DNA of 26,147 nucleotides from an uncultured bacterium (lineage in GTDB: Bacteria; Elusimicrobiota; UBA5214): assembly GCA_964599925.1 (NCBI GenBank), contig CAZRHN010000005.1:2563-28709 (forward strand), given 5' to 3'. The notes beneath the pieces are model-generated. The model saw nothing but the letters and a program-made list of their open reading frames with translations, was not told the DNA's origin and made no database searches. This document shows, piece after piece, positions 1 through 7,844 of the stretch; position 1 is the stretch's first letter, and every line of letters begins with the position of its first letter. Position numbers and translations under genes: made by a program.

Positions 1-2
1 CA

Positions 3-950
3 ATTCTTTTTCTTAATCGGCGTGGGTATTCCACTTTTCTTCTTTGTCGTCGTTGTGGTTTTGTAGCAAAATGTCCACATTGCCATTTAAGTTTGGTTTA
101 TCACTGGCAGGGGAACATTCTTTCCTGTCATTATTGTCGCTATAAGGAAATACTGCCATTTTCTTGTCCTTCCTGTCGCAATTTGCGCTTATCTTTTTCA
201 GGCACGGGCACGGAGAAAGTAGAAAACGAAATTCGTAATTTATTCCCGCAAGCACGCTTACGACGAATGGACTTAGATACGACTAAGAAAAAGGACATCT
301 ATCACGAAATTTATCACGCATTTAAAAATGAAAAGATTGACATTCTTATTGGTACACAGATGATTGCGAAAGGTTTCGATTTCCCAAAGGTAAGTGTGGT
401 AGGGATAATTAATGCTGATACCGCCTTGCATTTACCTGATTTTCGTGCTGCGGAACGCACCTTCCAGTTAGTGATTCAAGTTGCCGGGCGCGCCGGTCGG
501 GCAGAAATACCAGGTAAAGTTATTCTGCAAACATATTGTCCGGAACATTATGCTTTGATAGCGGCTGCGGAACATAATTATGCTAAATTGTATGCAGAGG
601 AAATAAGACTGCGTAAGGAATTGGGTTATCCTCCTTTTGTCCATTTGGTCCGGGTACTTCTCCGCGGGGGAAAAGAAGATAAAGTACGCGCTCTGGCTAC
701 GGAAATTGTTGAAAAAATTAAATCTCAACAGAGATTACTAAAAATTAAGGCTGGCTATCTCAAAGGTATAGAGATAGTTGGACCAACACCAGCCGCCTAC
801 CCACGGATTGCCGGCAAATATCGTTGGCAAATTTTGCTTAAGTCGTGTAAAGATGCGAGTCTCAAGCAAATTCTTGACCCACTTAGAGACCTCTATCACT
901 CAAATAACGTGCAAATATCTTTTGATGCCAATCCTCTGGATATGCTTTGA
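3..950 (+). CDS. priA: Primosomal protein N' (PriA), C-terminal part; gene begins before the window
   Basis: Frame open from base 3 (ILFLNRRGYSTFLLCRRCG...CPHC...CHYC...CPSC zinc motifs); helicase motifs GTEKVE, DILIGTQMIAKGFDFP and QVAGRAGR; C-terminal YPPF. Confidence 0.97.
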   Translation: MLFLNRRGYSTFLLCRRCGFVAKCPHCHLSLVYHWQGNILSCHYCRYKEILPFSCPSCRNLRLSFSGTGTEKVENEIRNLFPQARLRRMDLDTTKKKDIYHEIYHAFKNEKIDILIGTQMIAKGFDFPKVSVVGIINADTALHLPDFRAAERTFQLVIQVAGRAGRAEIPGKVILQTYCPEHYALIAAAEHNYAKLYAEEIRLRKELGYPPFVHLVRVLLRGGKEDKVRALATEIVEKIKSQQRLLKIKAGYLKGIEIVGPTPAAYPRIAGKYRWQILLKSCKDASLKQILDPLRDLYHSNNVQISFDANPLDML

Positions 951-989
951 CCCTGCTCTTTCTCAAGGTCTTTTCAGAAAGGGCGGGGT
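950..989. repeat. Intergenic palindrome, ACCCYGC...GCRGGG family; may also act as a terminator-like hairpin
   Basis: ACCCTGCTCTTTCT (950-963) pairs with AGAAAGGGCGGGGT (976-989): 14 bp including 2 G-T pairs, 12-nt loop. Confidence 0.8.
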
Positions 990-993
990 AAAC

Positions 994-1021
994 TTGACAA
1001 ATCTTATAAATTTTGTAAAAT
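994..1021 (+). promoter_or_regulatory. Sigma70-like promoter upstream of def
   Basis: TTGACA (994-999), 16-nt spacer, TAAAAT (1016-1021). Confidence 0.6.
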
Positions 1022-1028
1022 GACTATC

Positions 1029-1058
1029 GCGTGGGGTAAACCCTGGGGAACCCCACGC
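1029..1058. repeat. Hairpin in the putative def 5' leader
   Basis: GCGTGGGGT (1029-1037) / ACCCCACGC (1050-1058) perfect 9-bp inverted repeat, followed by AAATTTTTT. Confidence 0.7.
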
Positions 1059-1092
1059 AAATTTTTTGATTGCGCTAATTAACTTTATTGCC

Positions 1093-1668
1093 ATGAGCAT
1101 ACGGGAAATAAAAAAATTTAATGAACCTATACTTTACCAGAAGGTTAAACCAGTAGAGAAGGTTACCTTGGAAACTAAAAATTTAATTCAAGACCTGAAA
1201 GATACTCTTCTGGCAAGTAAAGGTGTTGGATTAGCGGCTAATCAAATTGGTGTACCTTTAAGGGTGCTTGTGATAGACTTAAAGTCAGACTCAAGTAGCC
1301 AAGAGCCAAGAGCTTCACCCCGCACCAAACTCGGTGCGGGGCAAGAGAGCCAAGAGCGAATTCTTACTTTAATTAATCCAAAAATAGTTGCTTCTCGAGG
1401 GAGAGAAATTGCTGAAGAGGGATGTTTATCTTTTCCCGGGCTTTATCTCAAAATTAAACGTGCCTCCCGGATAAAAGTGGAAGCCTTGGACTTGCAAGAA
1501 AAATCTATAGTTATTGAAAGTGAGGGTTTACCTGCTCGTGTAATCCAGCACGAAATTGACCATTTGGAAGGGAAAGTTTTTATTGACCGTTTATCTTTCT
1601 GGAAAAGATGGAAAATTAAACGTGAATTAACACGAATAATGAAAGAAAAAACGAATTTACACGAATGA
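1093..1668 (+). CDS. def: Peptide deformylase with an in-frame repeat-derived insertion
   Basis: Motifs GVGLAANQIG, EGCLS and HEIDH. ATG 1093 (MSIREI) is preferred to TTG 1066. Confidence 0.97.
   Translation: MSIREIKKFNEPILYQKVKPVEKVTLETKNLIQDLKDTLLASKGVGLAANQIGVPLRVLVIDLKSDSSSQEPRASPRTKLGAGQESQERILTLINPKIVASRGREIAEEGCLSFPGLYLKIKRASRIKVEALDLQEKSIVIESEGLPARVIQHEIDHLEGKVFIDRLSFWKRWKIKRELTRIMKEKTNLHE
1297..1357. repeat. Composite insertion in def: AGCCAAG heptamers flanking a CCCCGCACC/GGTGCGGGG palindrome
   Basis: AGCCAAG x2 (1297-1310), 9-bp perfect stem (1318-1326 / 1333-1341), AGCCAAG again (1348-1354). Confidence 0.85.
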
Positions 1669-2627
1669 AAATTATTTTTTTTGGAACACCGGAAGTGGCG
1701 GTACCTTTTTTGGAATTTCTTTATAAAAATGAAAAAGTAGTAGCAGTAGTGACGCAACCGGATAAAAAGGCAGGTAGAGGTGTAGAACATCTTAAATTGT
1801 CTCCGGTAAAACTTTTTGCTAAGAAGAAAGGTTTACCCCTTTTTCAACCTTTAAAAATAGATGAACTACTCGCTACTCGCTACTCGTTATTCGCTGATTA
1901 TGATTTGGGTGTTGTAGTTGCTTACGGTAAAATTTTACCTAAATCTTTAATTGAAACTGCAAGATTGGGTTACATAAATGTACATTTTTCACTTCTGCCA
2001 AAATATCGTGGTGCCGCGCCGGTCCAATGGACATTGATTAATGGAGAAAAAGAAACCGGGGTGACTACTTTCTGGATTGACGAAGGATTGGATACAGGCA
2101 AAATTATTTGTCAAAAAAAAATAGCCATTGAAAATAGTGACACGGTGATTACCTTAGAAAAGAAATTAACCCCTCTTGGTATAGAAATACTTAAAGAAAC
2201 AATAGAAATAGTTAAAAAAAATCCGCAGGTCAGCAACCTTCAGATAGGTATACCTAGTTATGCACCGAGTTTAAAAAAGGAAGACGGTAAGATTAACTGG
2301 GGAGATAAAGATGCTTTTGAAATATGCAATCTAATTCGGGGGACACAACCTTGGCCCGGAGCATATTCAACAGTTAAAAGTGTAAAGTGTAAAGTGAAAA
2401 GTTTAAAAATTCTCGAAGCGGAAGTTGTTGATTTTAACCTATCACCTATCACCTATCACCTATCACCTGGTTCTATTGTCGGTCTTGAAAAAAGTATCGG
2501 TTTTATAGTAAAATGTAAAAATAATTTTTTGCTCATCTTAAAAGTGCAAGAAGAAGGGAAAAAAATAGTTTCTGCTTGGGACTGGTTGCAAGGGGCAAGA
2601 TTAAAAATTGGTGATTGTTTGGGGTGA
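1665..2627 (+). CDS. fmt: Methionyl-tRNA formyltransferase
   Basis: MKIIFFGTPE, VVTQPDKKAGRG, NVHFSLLPKYRGAAP, ETGVT, DEGLDTG, PWPGAY; follows def. Confidence 0.97.
   Translation: MKIIFFGTPEVAVPFLEFLYKNEKVVAVVTQPDKKAGRGVEHLKLSPVKLFAKKKGLPLFQPLKIDELLATRYSLFADYDLGVVVAYGKILPKSLIETARLGYINVHFSLLPKYRGAAPVQWTLINGEKETGVTTFWIDEGLDTGKIICQKKIAIENSDTVITLEKKLTPLGIEILKETIEIVKKNPQVSNLQIGIPSYAPSLKKEDGKINWGDKDAFEICNLIRGTQPWPGAYSTVKSVKCKVKSLKILEAEVVDFNLSPITYHLSPGSIVGLEKSIGFIVKCKNNFLLILKVQEEGKKIVSAWDWLQGARLKIGDCLG
1866..1895. repeat. Heptamer tandem array (CTACTCG)x3 plus TTATTCG, in-frame in fmt
   Basis: Read directly; encodes LLATRYSLFA. Confidence 0.9.
2377..2404. repeat. Heptamer tandem array AAAGTGT-AAAGTGT-AAAGTGA-AAAGTTT, in-frame in fmt
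   Basis: Read directly; encodes KSVKCKVKSL. Confidence 0.85.
2437..2468. repeat. Heptamer tandem array (ACCTATC)x4 plus ACCT, in-frame in fmt
   Basis: Four perfect copies; encodes NLSPITYHLSP. Confidence 0.95.
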
Positions 2628-2638
2628 TAACTCTTAGG

Positions 2639-3181
2639 ATGAGGCACTGGTTATTAGTTCGTTTTGGTTATCCGATTTTAGTAATTTTATCTAAACTTTT
2701 CCCTTGGGCTGAAGAATTTTATGAATCTGCGTTTATTAATTTTAATAATCAACTGGTAAAAGCAAAAAAAATTGTATTAAAAAAAGCACAACAACTTTTG
2801 GTTCTTTTACCACAATGTTTACAATTTGCTGATTGTCCGCATAAAATTACAAAAAATATACTCAATTGTCACCAATGCGGTAAATGTTTAATTGCTGATT
2901 TAGTTCGTTTGGGTGAAAAATATGGTTTGAAAATAAATGTTGCTACTGGTGGACGGTTAGCACGAAGAATTGTCTCTGACTTCAAACCAAATGCAATTGT
3001 TGCCTGTGCTTGTGAACACGAATTAGCCGATGGCGTTCAGGCGGTATACCCTTTACCAGTATTGGCTATATCCAACAGTCGTCCTTTTGGTCCCTGTTTA
3101 AATACCGGTGTTGATTTAGACAAAATTGAACAAGCAGTAAAAACGTTTTTAGGGGGTGAAAAAGATGAAAAATACATTTAA
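2639..3181 (+). CDS. DUF116-family protein
   Basis: LLVLLPQCLQ...C...CHQCGKC, VATGGRLAR, AIVACACEHEL, RPFGPCLNT pattern; typical position after fmt. ATG 2639 chosen. Confidence 0.8.
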   Translation: MRHWLLVRFGYPILVILSKLFPWAEEFYESAFINFNNQLVKAKKIVLKKAQQLLVLLPQCLQFADCPHKITKNILNCHQCGKCLIADLVRLGEKYGLKINVATGGRLARRIVSDFKPNAIVACACEHELADGVQAVYPLPVLAISNSRPFGPCLNTGVDLDKIEQAVKTFLGGEKDEKYI

Positions 3182-4031
3182 AACTTTTCTTTTGATGCTC
3201 GGTTTAACCTTACTCTTTTTATTCCTCGGACAAAATATTGCGGGGAGACAAGGGTTAATCACTGCTTTTCTTTTTGCTTTAGTGATGAATTTTGTTACTT
3301 ACTGGTTCAGCGATAAAATTGTTCTCGTGATGTATGGTGGACGACAAGTCTCCCGAGAACAAATGCCGGAAGTTTATGCTTTGTTGGATGAAATTACTAT
3401 GCAAGCCGGAATGCCGATGCCGAAAGTATATCTACTTCCAATGGAGGCACCGAATGCTTTTGCTACTGGACGTAATCCTGCGCATGCCAGTGTTGCCGTA
3501 ACTAAAGGTATCCTTAAACTTCTTGACCGCGAAGAACTGAAAGGGGTATTAGCCCATGAAATTGGACATATTAAAAATCGAGATATTCTCATTGCTACAA
3601 TTGCGGCTACAGTTGCGGGAGCGATAATTTTTCTTGCCCGGATGGCACAATATGCGGCAATTTTTGGTGGCGTGGGGCGTGATGAGCAGGAAAGAGGAGG
3701 CAATCCTTTAGGATTATTCCTTCTGGCAGTATTGGCACCTTTAGCCGCGATAATTATTCAAATGGCAATTTCTCGCACTCGTGAATATCAAGCCGACGAA
3801 ACTAGTGGAAAGATTTCTCGTAACCCGCTGGGTTTAGCGCGAGCGTTACAAAAACTTGATGCTTATGCACGGCGGATACCCTTGGCTAATGCTAATCCTT
3901 CAACTGCACATCTTTTTATCGTTAATCCTTTAAGGGGCGGTAGTATTTTTACCCTTTTCTCTACACATCCACCGATAAAAGAAAGAATTAAACGGTTGGA
4001 AAAACTTACTCAAGGAATGTCTGGTTATTAA
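3165..4031 (+). CDS. htpX: Zinc metalloprotease HtpX (M48)
   Basis: PNAFATGRNP, HEIGH (HExxH), SRTREYQADE, LFSTHPP; purine-rich SD before ATG 3165. Confidence 0.95.
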   Translation: MKNTFKTFLLMLGLTLLFLFLGQNIAGRQGLITAFLFALVMNFVTYWFSDKIVLVMYGGRQVSREQMPEVYALLDEITMQAGMPMPKVYLLPMEAPNAFATGRNPAHASVAVTKGILKLLDREELKGVLAHEIGHIKNRDILIATIAATVAGAIIFLARMAQYAAIFGGVGRDEQERGGNPLGLFLLAVLAPLAAIIIQMAISRTREYQADETSGKISRNPLGLARALQKLDAYARRIPLANANPSTAHLFIVNPLRGGSIFTLFSTHPPIKERIKRLEKLTQGMSGY

Positions 4032-4984
4032 TGAAAAGACAAAAATTATTTTATCAGTTACTTTTTACCGGGGTTGTTTTTCTTGGGGTGACTATTTTTC
4101 TTTTTAATCAAATAATGCACATATTGGTGCATCAGAAAAAGACAGTTACTGTGCCAAACTTAATTGGTAAACCGATGGAAGAAGCGCTTGACCTCTTAGC
4201 AAATTTGAATCTGGGGTTACAGAAAGTTGGTGAACGTTACGAGAAAAGATTTTCTCCGGGAACAATAATTCAGCAGAGACCTTCTCCCGGATTAACCGTT
4301 AGAGAAGGAAAAATTATCCGGGTGGCCCTCTCCCGGGGAGGGGAAATAATTTTTATTCCGGATTTAACGAATCAGTCTTTACGTTCTGCAGAGGTTATTT
4401 TACGGCGGAGCAATTTGGCATTAGGTGAAATTGACCAAAGTTACAGTCTTACTGTTGAAAAAGGGAAAATAATTCGCCAGAAACCTTTAGTGGGGACTGC
4501 GGTAGCGAGAGATAGTTTGGTTAATTTAGTTCTTTCTCTTGGATTACCGCCAGCGGGGATAGTATTGATGCCTGATTTCGTAAACAAAAATATTTCCGAA
4601 GCGGAACTCTGGATGCAAGAACGCAATTTAAAAATTAAACAGATTGAGGAAGATACAAATTCAACATTACCGAAAGGGACGATCCTTAAACAGATACCCT
4701 CAGCAGATACCGTGGTGAGCAAAGAAAGCGAGATAAAACTCGTAGTAAGTGGGCGAATTAAAGAAACATTTAAGAAATTATATTGGTTGCATTACGAAAT
4801 ACCGCAGGCAGATGAAGAAAAGAATATCCGTATTTTCCTTGAAGATAGCGCTGGAGAGCGTATCGTCTACGAGAAGGCACATTTACCGGGGACAAAAATT
4901 GATTTACCCTTAGCAGTTGAAGACAAAGGAAAAATAAAAATATTTGCCAACGAAATTTTAGTTGAAGAAAGAATACTTGAATGA
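4031..4984 (+). CDS. Membrane-anchored PASTA-domain protein (about 3 PASTA repeats, no kinase domain)
   Basis: N-terminal TM segment; repeats VPNLIG / IPDLTN / MPDFVN each followed by G.IIxQ.P motifs. Confidence 0.85.
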   Translation: MKRQKLFYQLLFTGVVFLGVTIFLFNQIMHILVHQKKTVTVPNLIGKPMEEALDLLANLNLGLQKVGERYEKRFSPGTIIQQRPSPGLTVREGKIIRVALSRGGEIIFIPDLTNQSLRSAEVILRRSNLALGEIDQSYSLTVEKGKIIRQKPLVGTAVARDSLVNLVLSLGLPPAGIVLMPDFVNKNISEAELWMQERNLKIKQIEEDTNSTLPKGTILKQIPSADTVVSKESEIKLVVSGRIKETFKKLYWLHYEIPQADEEKNIRIFLEDSAGERIVYEKAHLPGTKIDLPLAVEDKGKIKIFANEILVEERILE

Positions 4985-5661
4985 AAAATAAAATTGCCCC
5001 TTCACTACTCAGTGCTGACTTTTCTTGCTTGCAAAAAGAGTTGAAATTAGTTGAGCGTGCCGATGCTGACCTTTTACATCTTGATGTAATGGACGGACAT
5101 TTTGTTCCCAATCTTACATTCGGACCATTATTATTAGAGTCCTTGAGAAAATATACTGCGTTGCCTTTTGATGTTCATTTAATGATTGAAAATCCTGCTA
5201 AATTTGTTGAGCGTTTTATCTCCGCAGGTGCAAAATATATTACCTTCCATTCTGAAGCGTCTACTCCTACGGAAATCAAAAAAATTCTAACTTATCGAAA
5301 GGTGAAAACCGATGGCGGGTATCTCAAAGTTGGCTTGGCGATTAAACCGAAAACTCCACTGGAGACAATTCTTCCCTATCTTAAGAATTTAGATTTGGTG
5401 CTGGTGATGACAGTTGAACCGGGTTTTTCTGGACAGAAATTTATGCCGGAAGTTTTACCTAAAGTAGCCTACTTACGAAAAATCTTAAATAAAAGAAAAC
5501 TTAATTTGGAAATTGAAGTTGATGGTGGGATTAATCCGGCGACTGCAAAACAATGTGCTTTGGCGGGGGCAAGTATTTTTGTTGCGGGGAACAGTATTTT
5601 TCGTAGCGGTAATATCCGAAAAGCAATTTTTGAATTAAGAAAAAGTATTTCTCCCATATAA
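4981..5661 (+). CDS. rpe: Ribulose-phosphate 3-epimerase
   Basis: IAPSLLSADF, HLDVMDGHFVPN, DVHLM, MTVEPGFSGQ, VDGGI. Confidence 0.97.
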   Translation: MKNKIAPSLLSADFSCLQKELKLVERADADLLHLDVMDGHFVPNLTFGPLLLESLRKYTALPFDVHLMIENPAKFVERFISAGAKYITFHSEASTPTEIKKILTYRKVKTDGGYLKVGLAIKPKTPLETILPYLKNLDLVLVMTVEPGFSGQKFMPEVLPKVAYLRKILNKRKLNLEIEVDGGINPATAKQCALAGASIFVAGNSIFRSGNIRKAIFELRKSISPI

Positions 5662-5679
5662 GTAACTCGGATAGAGAAT

Positions 5680-5708
5680 TTGACTAAAAAAATATTTTAA
5701 TGTATAAT
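5680..5708 (+). promoter_or_regulatory. Sigma70 promoter for the rpsP operon
   Basis: TTGACT (5680-5685), 17-nt spacer, TATAAT (5703-5708). Confidence 0.8.
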
Positions 5709-5743
5709 CGTTACAAATTTTGAAAATAAGAATTGGAGGAGAA

Positions 5744-6046
5744 ATGGCGGTAAGAATAAGATTTCAACGTCTCGGTCGTCCGAAGCATCCCTTTTTTCGT
5801 TTGGTAGCAGTGGAAAAAAGAAAAAAAAGGAACGGAGAAATTATTGAAAAACTTGGTTATTACAACCCAAAAACTAAGGAATTTAGGTTTGCTGCAGAAA
5901 GAGTTAAGTTCTGGTTAGCAAAAGGTGCGCAACCCTCAGAAACAGTGAGTAATCTTTTGAAAAGAAATCTAAAGAAAAGCGAAAAGCCCGCTTCGCAGCG
6001 AGGCGAGCCGGATTCGGTGAGCAAGCCCGGCGAAAAGTCAGGTTAG
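5744..6046 (+). CDS. rpsP: 30S ribosomal protein S16 with a GC-rich C-terminal tail
   Basis: MAVRIRFQRLGRPKHPFFRLVA, EKLGYYNP, WLAKGAQPSETV; GGAGG SD before ATG 5744. Confidence 0.97.
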   Translation: MAVRIRFQRLGRPKHPFFRLVAVEKRKKRNGEIIEKLGYYNPKTKEFRFAAERVKFWLAKGAQPSETVSNLLKRNLKKSEKPASQRGEPDSVSKPGEKSG

Positions 6047-6082
6047 TTTTTCTGAACGGGAAAATGGAGGTGAAAAGAGAAG

Positions 6083-6313
6083 ATGAAGGACCTTTTATTG
6101 ACGATGGCTAAAGCGTTGGTTGATTACCCCACGCAGGTGGAGATTAAGGAAGTTGAAGGGGAGCGGACAAGAATTCTTGAACTGAAAGTTGCTGAGACTG
6201 ACCGCGGAAAAATCATTGGTAAAGAAGGGAGAATTATTAAAGCAATCAGAACGATTGTTAACGCTGCTTCAGCAAAACAAAATAAACGTGTAACTGTAGA
6301 AATTATTGAATAG
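6083..6313 (+). CDS. khpA: KH-domain RNA-binding protein (KhpA/YlqC-like)
   Basis: [20 protein letters not shown] (GxxG KH loop); canonical position after rpsP; GGAGGTG SD. Confidence 0.9.
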   Translation: MKDLLLTMAKALVDYPTQVEIKEVEGERTRILELKVAETDRGKIIGKEGRIIKAIRTIVNAASAKQNKRVTVEIIE

Positions 6314-7055
6314 GATAGACATAATTACGCTTTTCCCTTCAATGTTTGTTGGTCCCTTTAATGAAAGTATTATCAAAAGGGCAATTGAAAAGGGAAAAGT
6401 AAAAATTTTCGTTCACAATTTACGTAATTTTGGCGTTGCTAAACATCGCCTTTGCGATGATCGCCCTTACGGCGGTGGTCCGGGTATGGTTTTGAAACCC
6501 GAACCAATCTGGCGAGCCCTAAAAGCGATTAAACAAAGAGCAAAGAACAAAAAGCAAAAAATAATTCTTCTTTCTCCGCAGGGAAAACTCTTTAATCAGA
6601 AAGAAGCAGAAAGATTAGCAAAATACAAACATTTAATTTTAATCTGCGCCCATTACGAAGGCGTGGATGAGCGAGTATATTCCTGGATTGATGAAGAAAT
6701 TTCCATCGGTGATTATATTTTAACTGGAGGTGAAATACCTACCTTAGTCCTTGTTGATAGTATTGTTCGTCTTCTACACGGGGTTGTAGGAAAGAGTGAA
6801 TCGCTGAAAAGTGAGTCCTTTAGTGGTAAATTTCTTGATCACCCTCAGTATACCCGACCCCGATGTTACCGAAGTAAAAGGGTGCCCGCAGTTCTCCTTT
6901 CCGGGGATCATAAGAAAATTGCTCTCTGGCGTAGGAAAGAGGCAATTAAAAATACCTATTTACGGCGCCCGGATTTACTGACGAAGATACGTTTAACCAA
7001 AGGAGAGAAAAAAATTGTAGAAAAGGTAAAGAAAAAATATGCGTGGACTGATTGA
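6306..7055 (+). CDS. trmD: tRNA (guanine-N1)-methyltransferase
   Basis: [48 protein letters not shown]; TTG start. Confidence 0.97.
   Translation: MNRIDIITLFPSMFVGPFNESIIKRAIEKGKVKIFVHNLRNFGVAKHRLCDDRPYGGGPGMVLKPEPIWRALKAIKQRAKNKKQKIILLSPQGKLFNQKEAERLAKYKHLILICAHYEGVDERVYSWIDEEISIGDYILTGGEIPTLVLVDSIVRLLHGVVGKSESLKSESFSGKFLDHPQYTRPRCYRSKRVPAVLLSGDHKKIALWRRKEAIKNTYLRRPDLLTKIRLTKGEKKIVEKVKKKYAWTD
6532..6559. repeat. Degenerate heptamer array AACAAAG-AGCAAAG-AACAAAA-AGCAAAA in trmD
   Basis: 7-nt periodicity; encodes [10 protein letters not shown] in a variable loop. The A-rich composition lowers certainty. Confidence 0.55.
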
Positions 7056-7467
7056 CCTGGTTGAATCGCAAATAATAAAATCAGGATTAAAGAAAGACTT
7101 ACCTCAATTCCGTGTCGGTGATACGGTAAGAGTATGGTTTAAGATTGTTGAAAATCCCTCGGAGAAGCCAAGCGAAGCGGTGGTGCGTTTACAACCTTTT
7201 GAAGGGATCGTAATTCGTTACCGTGGGACAGGTTTATCCCGCACTTTTACAGTACGAAAGATTTCTTCCGGTATCGGTGTAGAGCGCACCTTTCCCTTGT
7301 ATTCCCCACAAATTGAAAAAATTGAAGTTTCAAAATCAGGTAAAATAAGACGAGCGCGATTATATTACTTACGCTATGCTCTCGGTCGCGCTGCTCGGGT
7401 TGAGGGAGAAACGGTTAAAGAAACAACAGGTAGTGTTAGTGAACAGGCAGAAAAAAATATTTCCTGA
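7039..7467 (+). CDS. rplS: 50S ribosomal protein L19
   Basis: [49 protein letters not shown]. Confidence 0.97.
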   Translation: MRGLIDLVESQIIKSGLKKDLPQFRVGDTVRVWFKIVENPSEKPSEAVVRLQPFEGIVIRYRGTGLSRTFTVRKISSGIGVERTFPLYSPQIEKIEVSKSGKIRRARLYYLRYALGRAARVEGETVKETTGSVSEQAEKNIS

Positions 7468-7843
7468 AAATAAAGGGCGATGGCAAGAATTCGGGCATTA
7501 CGGGGAAAGAATCGCCTTAGAGTTCTTAGAAAAAGAGGGTTACCGTATTCTTGAAAAGAATTATCGTTGCCAACTGGGTGAAATTGATTTAATTGCCCGG
7601 GATAAAAATATAATTGCCTTTATTGAAATAAAATCTCGTCAAGGGCTAAGTTTTGGTTCTCCTCAAGAGGCAGTTACTCACCATAAACAAAGACAGATTG
7701 TTAAAGTTGCACTCTATTATCTAAAACAAAAACACCTCCTTAAAGACCGTCTATTATTTAGATTTGATGTTGTATCTATTTCTCCAGAGGGTATTGAATT
7801 GATTAAGGATGCTTTCTCGTCCCCAGCGGGGTATACATATTGA
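7439..7843 (+). CDS. YraN/UPF0102 family putative endonuclease; start uncertain
   Basis: [43 protein letters not shown]. In-frame GTG 7439 has AGGT 7 nt upstream. Confidence 0.85.
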   Translation: MNRQKKIFPENKGRWQEFGHYGERIALEFLEKEGYRILEKNYRCQLGEIDLIARDKNIIAFIEIKSRQGLSFGSPQEAVTHHKQRQIVKVALYYLKQKHLLKDRLLFRFDVVSISPEGIELIKDAFSSPAGYTY

Positions 7844-7844
7844 A

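Noticed and set aside
2639-4984. Absence of rsmB and of a Ser/Thr kinase around the PASTA gene
   Set aside because: Gene order after fmt is variable and stand-alone PASTA proteins are common; not informative without the full genome.
5303-5320. Small GC patch ACCGATGGCGGGT in a slightly long rpe loop
   Set aside because: Only a 3-4 bp stem and no clear match to the repeat families.
7480-7554. Arg-rich 24-codon ORF ([10 protein letters not shown]...) with an AAGGG SD, suggesting a frameshifted yraN start
   Set aside because: The YraN frame is uninterrupted and has a plausible GTG start at 7439; the small ORF is out of frame with the conserved residues.
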